Positions 10,601 to 20,380 of a DNA stretch of 64,000 nucleotides are shown here, one piece after another. Under the pieces are notes generated by a model. The model saw only the letters and a list, made by a program, of their open reading frames with translations, did no database searches and had not been told where the DNA came from. The position numbers and the translations under genes were made by a program. The stretch lies in the IMG/VR virus record IMGVR_UViG_3300049846_001037, positions 1 to 64,000 of that record; one strand, 5' to 3'. Numbering within the stretch: position 1 is the stretch's first letter; each line of letters begins with the position of its first letter.

Positions 10601-13549
10601 TCCCATTGTGGATCCGTCTTTCCAAAGCTGGGCTACCTCAGCTAGAGAGGACTGAGTTGGTCCGGCATAGTATGCGCCCACCGAGAAGGTGGAGAAGTCT
10701 TCTGGGTCTCCAGCAAGAGTTGTAACCAAAGGTGATGCAATGTTTGTCTTTTTTCTTGCAAATGTTCCCTGAAGTGATCCATAGCTTGTGGGATGCTCAA
10801 TAGAAACATCATATCCGTTGGCTATCAATGTCAGAGCATTTGCAATGAGCTGTGTTGGACCACCAGTATTGGGATTAGAGATACCGGTAGAGAATCCATC
10901 AATGAATGTATTCAACAATCTGACTTCTGAATTATTGTAGGCCGTAATAGCTGTCGAACCCGTAACTGCTGGGTAAGGTGGGTTCTGGATGATGGTATTG
11001 TCGGCCTGGAAGAAGTTTCCAGAACCATTGATGACAGCAAACCTTGTCAGTCCACCATAGACATCCGAGAACAATGAGTCCTGAACATGAATGGCATTCT
11101 GAGAACCAGAGTTCAAAACATCATTATTGATCGTGAAAGCCTGCTTGATATTGCTCAATGGAAGTGATGTTAAATTGAAGCAAGCCAAGTAGTTGGAGTT
11201 ATTGTTCTCAGGTGTTAGTTGAGCTACACCCCATGTTGCGCCAAGGTAAACCCTATACATGGACATGTAACCATTGCTTCCAGGTTCATACCAATTCAAT
11301 AGGTATGAGCCATGATCAGTGGTGCCCATGAGGGTTAAGTCTGTAAGGCTTGCTGTGGTTGTTCCGCTAAAGAGGTGCTGACCTGGGAAAGCTGCATTGA
11401 TGATGGTCGTTGAAGCATTTTCACCTCTAACGGTGACGTATGGCTTTAACGATATTGGGTTTAACTCAGTAAAGACACCAGGACCAACTTCAATGACGTA
11501 TTGGGATGTGGGACCATTGTCGGTGATAGCAGCAAGAGCAGCTTTGACGCTGGTGAAATCACCACCCTTTTGTGCAACCGTTATTATATGCTGATCTTTG
11601 TTAGCTAAGAAGAATGGTGCATTGGGGTTGATGTCATTCTTTAGATATGGAGAATAGGCAGAGAGAAATCCAGTTGCTCCTGATGATTGGACTGAGATGT
11701 TGTAAGTGTTCTCATTAAATGCAACTGCATAGCCCCTGAGGTTTGGAGCTGACCCATCCTCTGGTATGGATATACCTGTAGCCCAGTTCGAAATACCAAG
11801 AACAGGCAAGCTTACTCTAGCTCCATCCAATATCTCTAGACCCTTACCAGTTCCGTCAACTCCGATCAAAGCCGATGCTCTTGTTGTGAGGAACAAGCCT
11901 GAGCCAGATGCAACGACGCCAATGGGTGGATTGGATGCGCCTGCTATGACGTAGAAGTTCTCACAAGATACTTCTAGTGGAGTTCCGCTAACAGAAATAA
12001 ACTCAAAACCATGATCAGATGTGTTATCTTGCGTTGTGTCAGCATATTCAAAGTAGAACACGTTGGTCGTGCCGCTATTAGCAATAACCCTAGCTGCGCC
12101 GTGGCAGTTCTCAAAAGCAACCTTGTGAATGAGCGTAAAGTCACCAGGATTGGTCGAAACAAGACCATGATATCCCACTGGAACATTTTGAATGGTGAGG
12201 AAAGAGAGGGTAGTTGATTGCCCAATGTGGAAAAGGTCGTTTGATCCAGTTGGTTGTATTCTGACGGCATATTGGTCTTCACCCTGTACATATGTAAACT
12301 CTGGTACGGTTAGCTGGGGCTCGGAGTATATGCCAGGACCAACAAGAATCAAGTATCCATGATCTGCAGTAGGAGGATCAAGGTTGGTGTTGATGTAGTC
12401 AATGGCCTGATAGATGTGTTGGAAGTCCCCACCCTTCTGTGAAACTGTAACAGCATGATCCTTGCGGTACGTCATGAAGAACGTATTTGCTTCACTAATA
12501 AATTGTTTATCTAACGGAGTATAGGATATCATGTAACCCGTAGCACCAGAGCTCTGTATATACACGTCATATCCGGTGTTAAGGTTAAATGGAGTTGAGT
12601 TAAGGACTATGTTTGGGGAGCCCTCGTCCTGAGGCACATAGACACCTGTAGCCCAGTTTGAGATGCCCAATACTCCAGCATTAATATTGGCTCCGCTTTC
12701 GGTTACAACAGCATATCCAGTACCGTCAACACCCTCCATTGCGGCGGCTTTAGTTGATACGGTTAGACCAGAACCTACGGCATGTACGCCATAGTCTGGA
12801 TTTGTTACATCGCCATAGGTATAGAAGTTTTCACAAGAAACATAGCACTGAGATCCACTGACTGCTGTAAATCTGAATCCAGTTTGACCAGCATTGGCTG
12901 TGGCATCAACATACTCAAGGTAAAGTGTATTGATGTTTCCAGTATCGCAGTAAGAGTCAATGCCGTAGAAGCAGCCAGCAAATGAGACCTTATGGAGTAG
13001 ACCATACTGGTCTACATTGTTGATCTTTAGTCCAGCGTAGCCTGGATTGGAGTTCTCAATGGACATGAAGCCGATTGAGAACGGACCATTAGCCTCAAAG
13101 GTATGTCCAGTGCCTGTTGATACAACCGTAACTGCGTACTGGTCAAGACCAAGGATATGCACGTCTGTAGGAATAACGATGTCGTCTTCTTCGTATCTGC
13201 CAGGATAGACAAGCACAACCCAAGGCTCAAGAGGCGTTGGCATTTGAGTTGCAGCATAAGCGGCAGCATCTTTGATCGATGAGAACTGTCCTTGTCCTGG
13301 GTTCTTCTGGACGATAGCGGTTTTGGCCGGGCTGAGGCGTGGGTCATTGACTAGAACATTGAAGACGCCACTGCTGTCAACCGTGACAACTTGCGACCAA
13401 GCATTGCCAGATCCAAAATAGTGGAAACCGCCACCGTCTTCCCTGAGTGCTAGGGAGCCAGTAGGTGCAATAGAATTACCAGTCGTAGGAACTGCATCTA
13501 CGTCTAGGATGTGAACTTGGTTGACTGTTATTCTGCCTTGGTCGCTCAT
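7655..13549 (-). CDS. Giant tail fibre/tailspike: three pectin-lyase-like beta-helix modules, a stalk, and a C-terminal C1q/BclA-like domain
   Basis: Three copies of the beta-helix cap motif (e.g. TVAQKGGDFTSVKAAL...IEVGPGVFTE). C-terminal YAYSYDTTTQTV...ITFNT...GVYAVNF is C1q/BclA-like. Confidence 0.7.
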   Translation of the reverse strand: MSDQGRITVNQVHILDVDAVPTTGNSIAPTGSLALREDGGGFHYFGSGNAWSQVVTVDSSGVFNVLVNDPRLSPAKTAIVQKNPGQGQFSSIKDAAAYAATQMPTPLEPWVVLVYPGRYEEDDIVIPTDVHILGLDQYAVTVVSTGTGHTFEANGPFSIGFMSIENSNPGYAGLKINNVDQYGLLHKVSFAGCFYGIDSYCDTGNINTLYLEYVDATANAGQTGFRFTAVSGSQCYVSCENFYTYGDVTNPDYGVHAVGSGLTVSTKAAAMEGVDGTGYAVVTESGANINAGVLGISNWATGVYVPQDEGSPNIVLNSTPFNLNTGYDVYIQSSGATGYMISYTPLDKQFISEANTFFMTYRKDHAVTVSQKGGDFQHIYQAIDYINTNLDPPTADHGYLILVGPGIYSEPQLTVPEFTYVQGEDQYAVRIQPTGSNDLFHIGQSTTLSFLTIQNVPVGYHGLVSTNPGDFTLIHKVAFENCHGAARVIANSGTTNVFYFEYADTTQDNTSDHGFEFISVSGTPLEVSCENFYVIAGASNPPIGVVASGSGLFLTTRASALIGVDGTGKGLEILDGARVSLPVLGISNWATGISIPEDGSAPNLRGYAVAFNENTYNISVQSSGATGFLSAYSPYLKNDINPNAPFFLANKDQHIITVAQKGGDFTSVKAALAAITDNGPTSQYVIEVGPGVFTELNPISLKPYVTVRGENASTTIINAAFPGQHLFSGTTTASLTDLTLMGTTDHGSYLLNWYEPGSNGYMSMYRVYLGATWGVAQLTPENNNSNYLACFNLTSLPLSNIKQAFTINNDVLNSGSQNAIHVQDSLFSDVYGGLTRFAVINGSGNFFQADNTIIQNPPYPAVTGSTAITAYNNSEVRLLNTFIDGFSTGISNPNTGGPTQLIANALTLIANGYDVSIEHPTSYGSLQGTFARKKTNIASPLVTTLAGDPEDFSTFSVGAYYAGPTQSSLAEVAQLWKDGSTMGLITSGTMVQLPASSGLAVKVNAGIGYLESNDVLIKQTWPTQTYTGIAAWDDVYVFVDANGNISKSSSAINGDVTKILLGRVVANETYVTSVGNISMDAHHFGNKVDEYLRDVFGGIVSNGLVISNPSGLYFDMTGGEYYYSTHKYEPAPKTNPIAFAEIYHTVAGTGIVWSGNYNLTGQINNTQIDLNSSGLTAMTSGYYAKHAMWYAGGADVLLFLYAQSEYVSFSGASLAASPTQPEYFKDAIIHIADIIVQQGSGTIIEIEDTRPTPSYKATSVVGGGGITYHNQLLGLLSDDHTQYLLVNGTRAMTGGLDMGGNSITNVNLVGGIVPSGHASRHLPNGADPLTTSTPSTIDLTNTVNDGGIANSFARSDHNHATSYVPLNTAGGIMTGGLSGTSANFTSITGTSISGTTIVGGTVTALTSSFSPVVGGQIHTGTTAVFTNITGTNITGSSVNAQTITNTTSLTSPLITATTINATSLTGNTISGTTSVVGGTINALTSSFSPVVGGQIFTGTTAVFTNITGVTLITGSTINAQTITNTTSLTSPLATITTLNATNLTGTSISGNTLVAKNINAIDTLNLSGSAVVTNGSNLGSGEPIFSGKNLNTLEFKQISGIGSVTLSSTANVLTISGSTSNIIITGTAPILVTGSTIGIGQSTSTTDGYLTSTDWNRFQLVATGSFVHITGDAMTGGLNGTSAKFATITGTTSISGVSILGQTANITSITGNIISGTSFLGQVASITSITGNTISGTSFLGQVASFGGITGTTISGTAILGQVANITSITGNTLTANASLTLGSGANIVVNNSGTSNIGSVSSTVNVLFANEISGVNARGYAYSYDTTTQTVSVANSFQDITFNTNVLLDGWTHTAGGTLFTGTVGGVYAVNFTATVNRTSTPASTIEIRAVKDGAEVAGSQVGATLTANSVFSEVGNQFLVNVTGGSTIKFQMTATTTAAQIAPVGANATTRPSIRATIHRIF

Positions 13550-13553
13550 CTAA

Positions 13554-15779
13554 TTAGAGAGTCCTTTGTAATATAGTCGTTACGTGCCAGTTTATGTTGT
13601 TGTTTATTTCTCCATTGACTCTTACCAATACGTTTGGTGAAGAGGCAACAAAGGTTGCATTCCAAGCAGCTTGATCTTCATTTGTATAGCTGGCCTGAAT
13701 GGTTCCCAATGTAACAGTGCCTGCAATGTTCTTTGCCATCACCGTTCTAACATAGGTAGCTCCATCGCCTGCAGTTCCAGCTGATCCACCAGTTCTTCTT
13801 GCTACCACCCTGGACTCAATCAAACAACTTGAATCTGTAGGGATTGATATTGTCTGTAGGTCAAAGTTTGCATTGCTGGTAGTTGCCCCCGACGCCATAA
13901 TTACGCTATAAGTAACAGCGTTTGCAGACTCATTGCTATACAAATTCAGTCCGCTAGGGGTTATTATATCAATTACGTTTTGATAATTTTTTACCTGTAG
14001 GGCTGTGTTTCCTGAGATGATGTTGAAATATCCAGCATTAGCATAGGTGGCAGCAAATGGAACCAAAAGTGATCCAACATTGTTCGTATTGGCTGCTGAT
14101 GTAAGAATGTCAGCACCAGACATGGTTAGATTGCCAGTCATGCTATCGCCAGTTACATTTACATATTCACCGGCACCACCTGAGGAAACTATGTTATCCA
14201 CATAAATTGTTCCCCAATGAAGGTCTGGTGATCCCAAGTCTTGAGTTCCACTTGTTTCTGGATAGACGTTAGTGCCATTGCCTACGATAACTCCAGAAGT
14301 AGATGCAATGAGTTTGATGGTGTTGCCAGCACCGAGAGTGATGTCAGCCCCAGCGCCACCAAAGTCAACAGTAAAGTCTTGTCCGTTAGTGTTATTTGAC
14401 AGAAGAAGTTCTGGAGAACCTGGCATTGGCTCTATTTCATTCGTATAAATTAGCGTTCCTGACATTCTCAATGGACCGGTCATTGTGTCGCCAGTCACAT
14501 TGACATAGACATCCTGAACGCTCAAAAAGACCTCATCAGTTCCAGAAGAAACCGTCAGGCCGCTACCCACAAGGCTCTTGAACTGTAGGTCTACGCCGCT
14601 CTTCTGCTTGAAAACACCAACGCCAATGCCGACATTCGAAGCCGTATTGACCTCTCCCGTGTCTGTTCCACTAATGTAAACAGTGTTAGCATCTGAACTT
14701 ATGGTGATGGAACCAGAAGCAGCCAGTGTCTTTAGGTTAAGAGTGTTGGCTGTTTTGCTGGCAAAGAAGCCTTCACCGCCGCCAACGTTTGACACTGAGG
14801 CAACCACATCATTTCCATTTACCCTCAATGAACTGGCTGCTGAAATAACGTTGCCAGAGATGAAGTTGCCGCTGAAAAGATTGCCACTAAATGTAATAGC
14901 TCCAACAGAAACAAACTGAGGATTATCGTTGACCCCTATTTGTATGTCGTCCGCATTTGATCCAATGGTTATGTTGTTGCCAGAAGTTATAGTCTTGAAG
15001 GCAAGTTCTGTTCCAGTCTTTGTAAGGAACCATCCATAGCCTGTACCTGTATTGAATCCATCCGTAACCGAACCAACAGAAGATCCGCTTATCGTAATGG
15101 AGTCTGGTCCAGAAGAAAGACTGATGCTTCCAGCACCAAGCAAAGACTTGAATCTAAGGGCATTTAGCTCGATGTCGCTGTAGACCTGTTCACCTGAACC
15201 CAAACCAATGCCAGATATGATGACATCATTACCACTGAGTCTTACGATGGTACCAGAGACAACAACGGCAGTCATGTTGTTGAAGGATGGGTCGTTATTG
15301 ACACCTATCTGCAGTTCGCCAGCAGATGATCCAATGGTTATGTTGTTGCCAGAGGTTACTGACTTGAATACGAGATCGCTTCCGTCCTGATGTGAATACC
15401 AACCATAGCCAGTGCCGGTGTTTGAAGCTGTAGCCGAACCACCAGTGACACTTATTCCCTTGATGAATAGAGCGTTTGTGCCAGATTCAACAACAATGTT
15501 GCCTGATGCAATGATGGATTTGAACTGAAGGTCTTGCCCAACCTTGCTTGAGAATAAGCCAATGCCAGTTCCAATGTTTGATGCAGTAACAGAAGATGAC
15601 ACACCTGTTGTTACCAGCGTATCAACATAAAGTGTTCCTAGTGGAAAGGCAGATGATCCAATTGAGTTGTTTCCAGAAACAGCAAATAGGATATCAGCCC
15701 CAGACGCCATCGTAAGGTCGCCTAGCACTGTATCCCCAGTTCTCCTTATGTAACCACTGTTAATGTATATGTTTGCCAT
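13554..15779 (-). CDS. Tail fibre protein with six TASNxGxGxGxF..K.G.DL.FK modules
   Basis: 741 aa; repeated module plus GDTMTG fibre motifs and a C-terminal beta-sandwich. Confidence 0.7.
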   Translation of the reverse strand: MANIYINSGYIRRTGDTVLGDLTMASGADILFAVSGNNSIGSSAFPLGTLYVDTLVTTGVSSSVTASNIGTGIGLFSSKVGQDLQFKSIIASGNIVVESGTNALFIKGISVTGGSATASNTGTGYGWYSHQDGSDLVFKSVTSGNNITIGSSAGELQIGVNNDPSFNNMTAVVVSGTIVRLSGNDVIISGIGLGSGEQVYSDIELNALRFKSLLGAGSISLSSGPDSITISGSSVGSVTDGFNTGTGYGWFLTKTGTELAFKTITSGNNITIGSNADDIQIGVNDNPQFVSVGAITFSGNLFSGNFISGNVISAASSLRVNGNDVVASVSNVGGGEGFFASKTANTLNLKTLAASGSITISSDANTVYISGTDTGEVNTASNVGIGVGVFKQKSGVDLQFKSLVGSGLTVSSGTDEVFLSVQDVYVNVTGDTMTGPLRMSGTLIYTNEIEPMPGSPELLLSNNTNGQDFTVDFGGAGADITLGAGNTIKLIASTSGVIVGNGTNVYPETSGTQDLGSPDLHWGTIYVDNIVSSGGAGEYVNVTGDSMTGNLTMSGADILTSAANTNNVGSLLVPFAATYANAGYFNIISGNTALQVKNYQNVIDIITPSGLNLYSNESANAVTYSVIMASGATTSNANFDLQTISIPTDSSCLIESRVVARRTGGSAGTAGDGATYVRTVMAKNIAGTVTLGTIQASYTNEDQAAWNATFVASSPNVLVRVNGEINNNINWHVTTILQRTL

Positions 15780-15788
15780 CTAGATTCC

Positions 15789-17066
15789 TTATAGCCAAAT
15801 GAACTGAGTGTTTTTTGATCCTGCCGTGGCAGCTACATACTCTTTTATCTCATACAATATTGCTGCAACCTGGGCGGTTGCGTTGAATGATGATGTTTTG
15901 CTTCCTGCTGTCAGTCCAGGTGCGGAGACGCCTCCAAAGACGAAGTTGTTACAGTTATTGTTGTAATCTATCGGTCTTGAACTGCTGTCAATAGTAACGT
16001 TGCTACCCGCAGTTCCAGCAGCAGCAGTTCCGACAATCACGGAGTTAGCTGACACTGTTACGGTAGTTGCTGTATTTGGTGGACCCTGCGTGTCAGCAAA
16101 ACCAACGTTTCCAAAACCATTAGAATTTGTAAACGATATAGCTTCTGCATTGTAGGGATTAAAAGGCCCCGAAGCCCACGTTACTACAACGTTATTAGCG
16201 CCAGTCGGTGGATTGGCTAGACCCCACGCTTTCATTCTCATTGTGGTGGTTGTGGTAGTTTGTGTATCCAGTAGCGTCATGGATTGTCCGCCATAAGTAA
16301 CGCTTGATTCATTGGCAGCACCAGTACTTATTGCAGTTAGAACTAATAGATAGCCATTGCTTCCAGTATCCTGAGTGTGAGAAAATGTGTCAGTGGTTGA
16401 AGCTCCAGGGTTGGTCGTCCTGTTTGTTTTATTGCCAATAGTAAGAACACCGGATTGCTTGATTTCTATGGAATGCAACGAAGCATTGTTGCTCTGCTGT
16501 GAGGTGATGGTTTTTGAGCCATCAGTTAAAGCGGCCGAGTACCATCCAGCAGAGTGATAGGTTCCACCCGTACTTTCAGACGTTTTAGTGGAATCAACTC
16601 CATCAACTCTAACAAAAGACGTTCCATAGAAAGAACACCAAGTCTGATTCCAAATAATAGAGCTTGCTGCGACCCTTGAAACAGTTAAACTTGATCCAGG
16701 ATCATTGCTGAAACCAACATTGTTATCGTTTACTGTTCCTAAAGTCGCACCACCAAAAGCTTGTGCATGGAGCGAACAAGTTGTGTTTGGAGCAGAGTCA
16801 TATGTCACAACGATGTTATTGCTACCACTTGCTGGATTGTTTAAACCAAATATGTAAAACGATGTTGTTCCATCGGTAAAGGTAGTCTGCAACTGTGTCA
16901 TAGCGACACCGTTGTAGGTTACGCTAGTAATGGTCCTTGCGCTAGGCACATAGCAATACGCCAACAAAACTCGACCAGTTGAAGATCCAGTATCAAGAGC
17001 TACTGTCTTTGTTGTAGCGCCTTGGAAGAACTCTGTGTTTGTTTCGTTGCCAATTGTTACGGCCAT
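15789..17066 (-). CDS. Putative fibre-tip/adhesin with two tandem NPPTG-family domains
   Basis: Internal duplication (FGLNNPASGSNNIVV and WGLANPPTGANNVVV); C-terminus AGSKNTQFIWL resembles AGTSQCFIGL of 3161-3832. Confidence 0.5.
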   Translation of the reverse strand: MAVTIGNETNTEFFQGATTKTVALDTGSSTGRVLLAYCYVPSARTITSVTYNGVAMTQLQTTFTDGTTSFYIFGLNNPASGSNNIVVTYDSAPNTTCSLHAQAFGGATLGTVNDNNVGFSNDPGSSLTVSRVAASSIIWNQTWCSFYGTSFVRVDGVDSTKTSESTGGTYHSAGWYSAALTDGSKTITSQQSNNASLHSIEIKQSGVLTIGNKTNRTTNPGASTTDTFSHTQDTGSNGYLLVLTAISTGAANESSVTYGGQSMTLLDTQTTTTTTMRMKAWGLANPPTGANNVVVTWASGPFNPYNAEAISFTNSNGFGNVGFADTQGPPNTATTVTVSANSVIVGTAAAGTAGSNVTIDSSSRPIDYNNNCNNFVFGGVSAPGLTAGSKTSSFNATAQVAAILYEIKEYVAATAGSKNTQFIWL

Positions 17067-17067
17067 G

Positions 17068-17358
17068 TTATGCTGCCTCTGGGGAGTTCAAGTTTGTTAT
17101 CAACGGCAAGTTGTATGTGTCTGTTGAATACCAATCACCGCCATAGATGACATCTTTTCCAACGAAGAACTCTGAAACATCCTTTGTTCTGGATTGCAAT
17201 GCGGCATCGTTGGAAAAAACCCAACTTTTGAAGTCGCTAAAGCCATGCGTAGATTGGATGGTGTCCAAGTCTTCCTTTGAGACAACATAGCCAATTGGTG
17301 TTTCAGTATAGACACCATCAAGAATTTGAGCTTTCACCACTATATATGGCACGTTCAT
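17068..17358 (-). CDS. Small hypothetical protein, possible fibre assembly/adaptor
   Basis: 96 aa, AAGGAG RBS, overlapping ATGA with the upstream gene. Confidence 0.5.
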   Translation of the reverse strand: MNVPYIVVKAQILDGVYTETPIGYVVSKEDLDTIQSTHGFSDFKSWVFSNDAALQSRTKDVSEFFVGKDVIYGGDWYSTDTYNLPLITNLNSPEAA

Positions 17359-17606
17359 GCTCCTTGATTAACCGTTGTGATATCAGACCATGTAGCATCA
17401 TCTATTTCCTGCTTCTTGTTGCTCTTGATGTGCTTGGTTTCATCAACCTCTATTTTGCACGTTAGATTGTTGATGTTAAAATGTCTAACCTCAATGTCTG
17501 TTCCGGTGTCATTAAGGTCAATGTCTGGGGCATAGTAAAAATCAGAGTCTCCAGCCCCAACTTGATTGACCACAACTAGATCTATTGTATATTTCTTCTT
17601 AGCCAT
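17355..17606 (-). CDS. Small acidic hypothetical protein, possible fibre chaperone
   Basis: Start moved to the ATG at 17606 (TAATG overlap with the fibre stop): MAKKKYTIDL... Confidence 0.5.
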   Translation of the reverse strand: MAKKKYTIDLVVVNQVGAGDSDFYYAPDIDLNDTGTDIEVRHFNINNLTCKIEVDETKHIKSNKKQEIDDATWSDITTVNQGA

Positions 17607-20368
17607 TATGACCACTTCCTCAACTTAATAGACAGCGTGGCTCTAGTGATAAGGGTTGGGGTCTGATCAACATGGAAGTTCAGGATGTCACCAGCATTGA
17701 TGCCAGACCATGTGGTTAGCGATGTATCCTGACCCTTGAAGCCATTCGTTATGGTGGGCTTCTCGGTTCCAACGATGGATTGATTTCCGCTGATGAATGT
17801 TGAGCCAGTCCATGTTGCATAGGTGCTTCTTCTTACGTCAACAGATAGAGAGCCAGATATGTTGGAGGTAAGATCCCAAGAGATAGCTGAGGCATTATAT
17901 GGTATCTCAATGTGACCCTGAGATCCAGATGCAATAACGCTACCAGCACCATCAATGATGAAGTTCAACATTGTTGTATCACCAATGTAGGTGGTTCCTG
18001 AGATGGTAGTACCAGTCAAACCAGTGAAGTTACCAACATTGGCGGTAACAACACCTATATTAGCTGTTTGGTAAAGACCAGAAGTTCCTGAGACCGTAGT
18101 GCCAGTTAGTCCAGTGAAATTGCCTACGTTAGATGTAATTACACCAATGTTAGCTGTTTGGTAAAGACCAGAAGTTCCAGAGACCGTGGTGCCAGTTAAG
18201 CCTGTGAAGTTACCAACATTGGATGTAATTACACCAATGTTAGCTGTTTGGTAAAGACCAGAGGTTCCAGAGACCGTGGTGCCAGTTAGTCCAGTGAAAT
18301 TGCCTACGTTTGAGGTAATTACACCAACGTTAGCTGTTTGACCAAGCAAACTGCTTCCAGAAATTGTGGTACCGCTCAGTCCAACAATAAAGGCTGTTTG
18401 CCCCCTTAGTGAAGTTCCTGAGATGGTGGTTCCAGTCAAACCAGTGAAGTTACCTACGTTTGAGGTAATAACACCAATGTTTGCCGTTTGACCTAGTAAA
18501 CTTGATCCAGATATTGTCGTACCACTCAAACCAACAATGAAAGCGGTCTGTCCTCTCAGTGAAGTACCTGAGATGGTGGTTCCAGTTAGACCAGTGAAGT
18601 TACCTACGTTGGAGGTGATGACTCCAATGTTTGCGGTTTGGAACAAGCCTGAGTTACCAGAGACCGTGGTTCCAGTTAGACCAGTGAAGTTACCTACGTT
18701 GGAGGTGATGACTCCAATGTTTGCGGTTTGGAACAAGCCTGAGTTTCCAGAAACCGTAGTGCCAGTCAAGCCAGTGAAGTTGCCTACGTTAGAGGTGATG
18801 ACACCGATATTGGCTGTCTGTCCAAGAAGGCTATTGCCAGATACAGTAGTACCCGTTATACCAGCGGCAACAATGTTTTGAACAAATAGATTTGTGCCGC
18901 TGATAGTAGTTCCAGTTATGTTAGTAAACGAGGCTGTCGTTCCAGTGATGATTCCTACGCCAAGAGAATTCAAAAACTGAGTATTGATCACTGATAGGTT
19001 CTGGAAGATGCCATTGGTTCCAGATATAGTGGTTCCAGTTATACCAGCAGAGTTTACAACATTAGCATTGATGATAGGCGCTGTTATAGAACTGCTTGTA
19101 GTAAGATTAGTGAAGACGCCCGACAAGAATGGTTGAGCTAAAGTTCCGATTGTCTGAGATCCGCTTATTTGTGGAACAATTCCAGAACCATTGATAAGAG
19201 TGATGGCTGTATTTGCGCCAGCATTAAGAATAACACCGCTAACTCCAACCAAACTTGCAGTTCCATTAGCCTGAAAACTTGTGGTTCCAAGAGAAGTTCC
19301 AGCAAATGAACCATTAGTGATTTGACTATTTGGACCATTGAGAGTGAATCCAAAGTTGATATTCTGACCACTTATCAGGGTGCCAGTGATTCCGATTCCA
19401 TTGATGACATCACCATTAATGGTGGTTCCAGAAATGGTAGTTCCAGTCAAACCAGTGAAGTTACCAACACCGGCTGAAACCGTGGTGAATGTTGGAGTTG
19501 AGCTTCCAGACACCATGATGTTGCCAGTTGTGTGGACAATGGATATGTTATTGGTTCCAGAAATTGACTTGTATTCAGGACCATTGCCAGCGGCATTCAC
19601 ACCCAAAACTGAGTTTGCACCGTCATAACCAAGTTCCGCTGGCGGAGCCGGGGCAACCAAGATGTCAATATTTGGACCAGAAACTCTTGTAACAAATCCA
19701 ACTGGAACCACAAAATTTGGAGAAGATGGTCTAGTTGACGTAAGGTTTCCAGAAACGCTTGGGGATAAATATAGCTGAGTTCCAGCAGATACACCAGAAA
19801 CACCAATTGAAGCGGCATTGACAGTATGGACAATGCCACCTGCTGTAACGTAGCCATCGTTACCAGTCAAGATGTCGTCAGTAACCAAACCAATAAAAGC
19901 CTGATTTGCAGCTTCGTTGGCCAATGCAGCGTGAACAGTAGGCCTATTTCCTAGAGCGCCATTGATGTGAACGGCTACGCCATTAGAGAGAGTTGATCCG
20001 GTGTTGTTTCTTGCCCTAATCAACATCTCCTGTCCAACGTTTACTGTAACATTAGATGAGTCATTGTAATAAGCCAGTGTATGTTCTGTGTTGTCATAGA
20101 AAACCCTTCCCTCGGAGTAGGTTGGGTTTGCTGCCAAAATGTCAGTGTTGATGTAGTTGCCAGAGGAGAATGAGAGCGGACCAGTCAAAGTGCCACCAGC
20201 GAGCGGCAAATAGCTTCCAGATGGGCTGACAATCTCTGAGCCAGAGATGATCACATTCTGGGCATAGATTGTGCCAAAAGGATTGTTCGAAGTACCCAAA
20301 GCCTGGGCTCCGCTCACTTCTGGATAGACGACCGTTCCAGATGGTATTCTAAATGGATATGTTGACAT
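17606..20368 (-). CDS. Tail fibre protein with 30-aa tandem repeats
   Basis: 920 aa; repeats QTANIGVITSNVGNFTGLTGTTVSG; C-terminal domain homologous to that of 4448-7642. Confidence 0.75.
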   Translation of the reverse strand: MSTYPFRIPSGTVVYPEVSGAQALGTSNNPFGTIYAQNVIISGSEIVSPSGSYLPLAGGTLTGPLSFSSGNYINTDILAANPTYSEGRVFYDNTEHTLAYYNDSSNVTVNVGQEMLIRARNNTGSTLSNGVAVHINGALGNRPTVHAALANEAANQAFIGLVTDDILTGNDGYVTAGGIVHTVNAASIGVSGVSAGTQLYLSPSVSGNLTSTRPSSPNFVVPVGFVTRVSGPNIDILVAPAPPAELGYDGANSVLGVNAAGNGPEYKSISGTNNISIVHTTGNIMVSGSSTPTFTTVSAGVGNFTGLTGTTISGTTINGDVINGIGITGTLISGQNINFGFTLNGPNSQITNGSFAGTSLGTTSFQANGTASLVGVSGVILNAGANTAITLINGSGIVPQISGSQTIGTLAQPFLSGVFTNLTTSSSITAPIINANVVNSAGITGTTISGTNGIFQNLSVINTQFLNSLGVGIITGTTASFTNITGTTISGTNLFVQNIVAAGITGTTVSGNSLLGQTANIGVITSNVGNFTGLTGTTVSGNSGLFQTANIGVITSNVGNFTGLTGTTVSGNSGLFQTANIGVITSNVGNFTGLTGTTISGTSLRGQTAFIVGLSGTTISGSSLLGQTANIGVITSNVGNFTGLTGTTISGTSLRGQTAFIVGLSGTTISGSSLLGQTANVGVITSNVGNFTGLTGTTVSGTSGLYQTANIGVITSNVGNFTGLTGTTVSGTSGLYQTANIGVITSNVGNFTGLTGTTVSGTSGLYQTANIGVVTANVGNFTGLTGTTISGTTYIGDTTMLNFIIDGAGSVIASGSQGHIEIPYNASAISWDLTSNISGSLSVDVRRSTYATWTGSTFISGNQSIVGTEKPTITNGFKGQDTSLTTWSGINAGDILNFHVDQTPTLITRATLSIKLRKWS
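17998..18845 (-). repeat. 90-nt coding tandem repeat array
   Basis: 18576-18655 and 18666-18745 are identical over 80 nt; other copies are synonymously diverged. Confidence 0.9.
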
Positions 20369-20380
20369 TGTTCTCTCCGA

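Noticed and set aside
17998-18845. Regularly spaced DNA repeats as a CRISPR array
   Set aside because: In-frame coding repeats with synonymous variation and no unique spacers.
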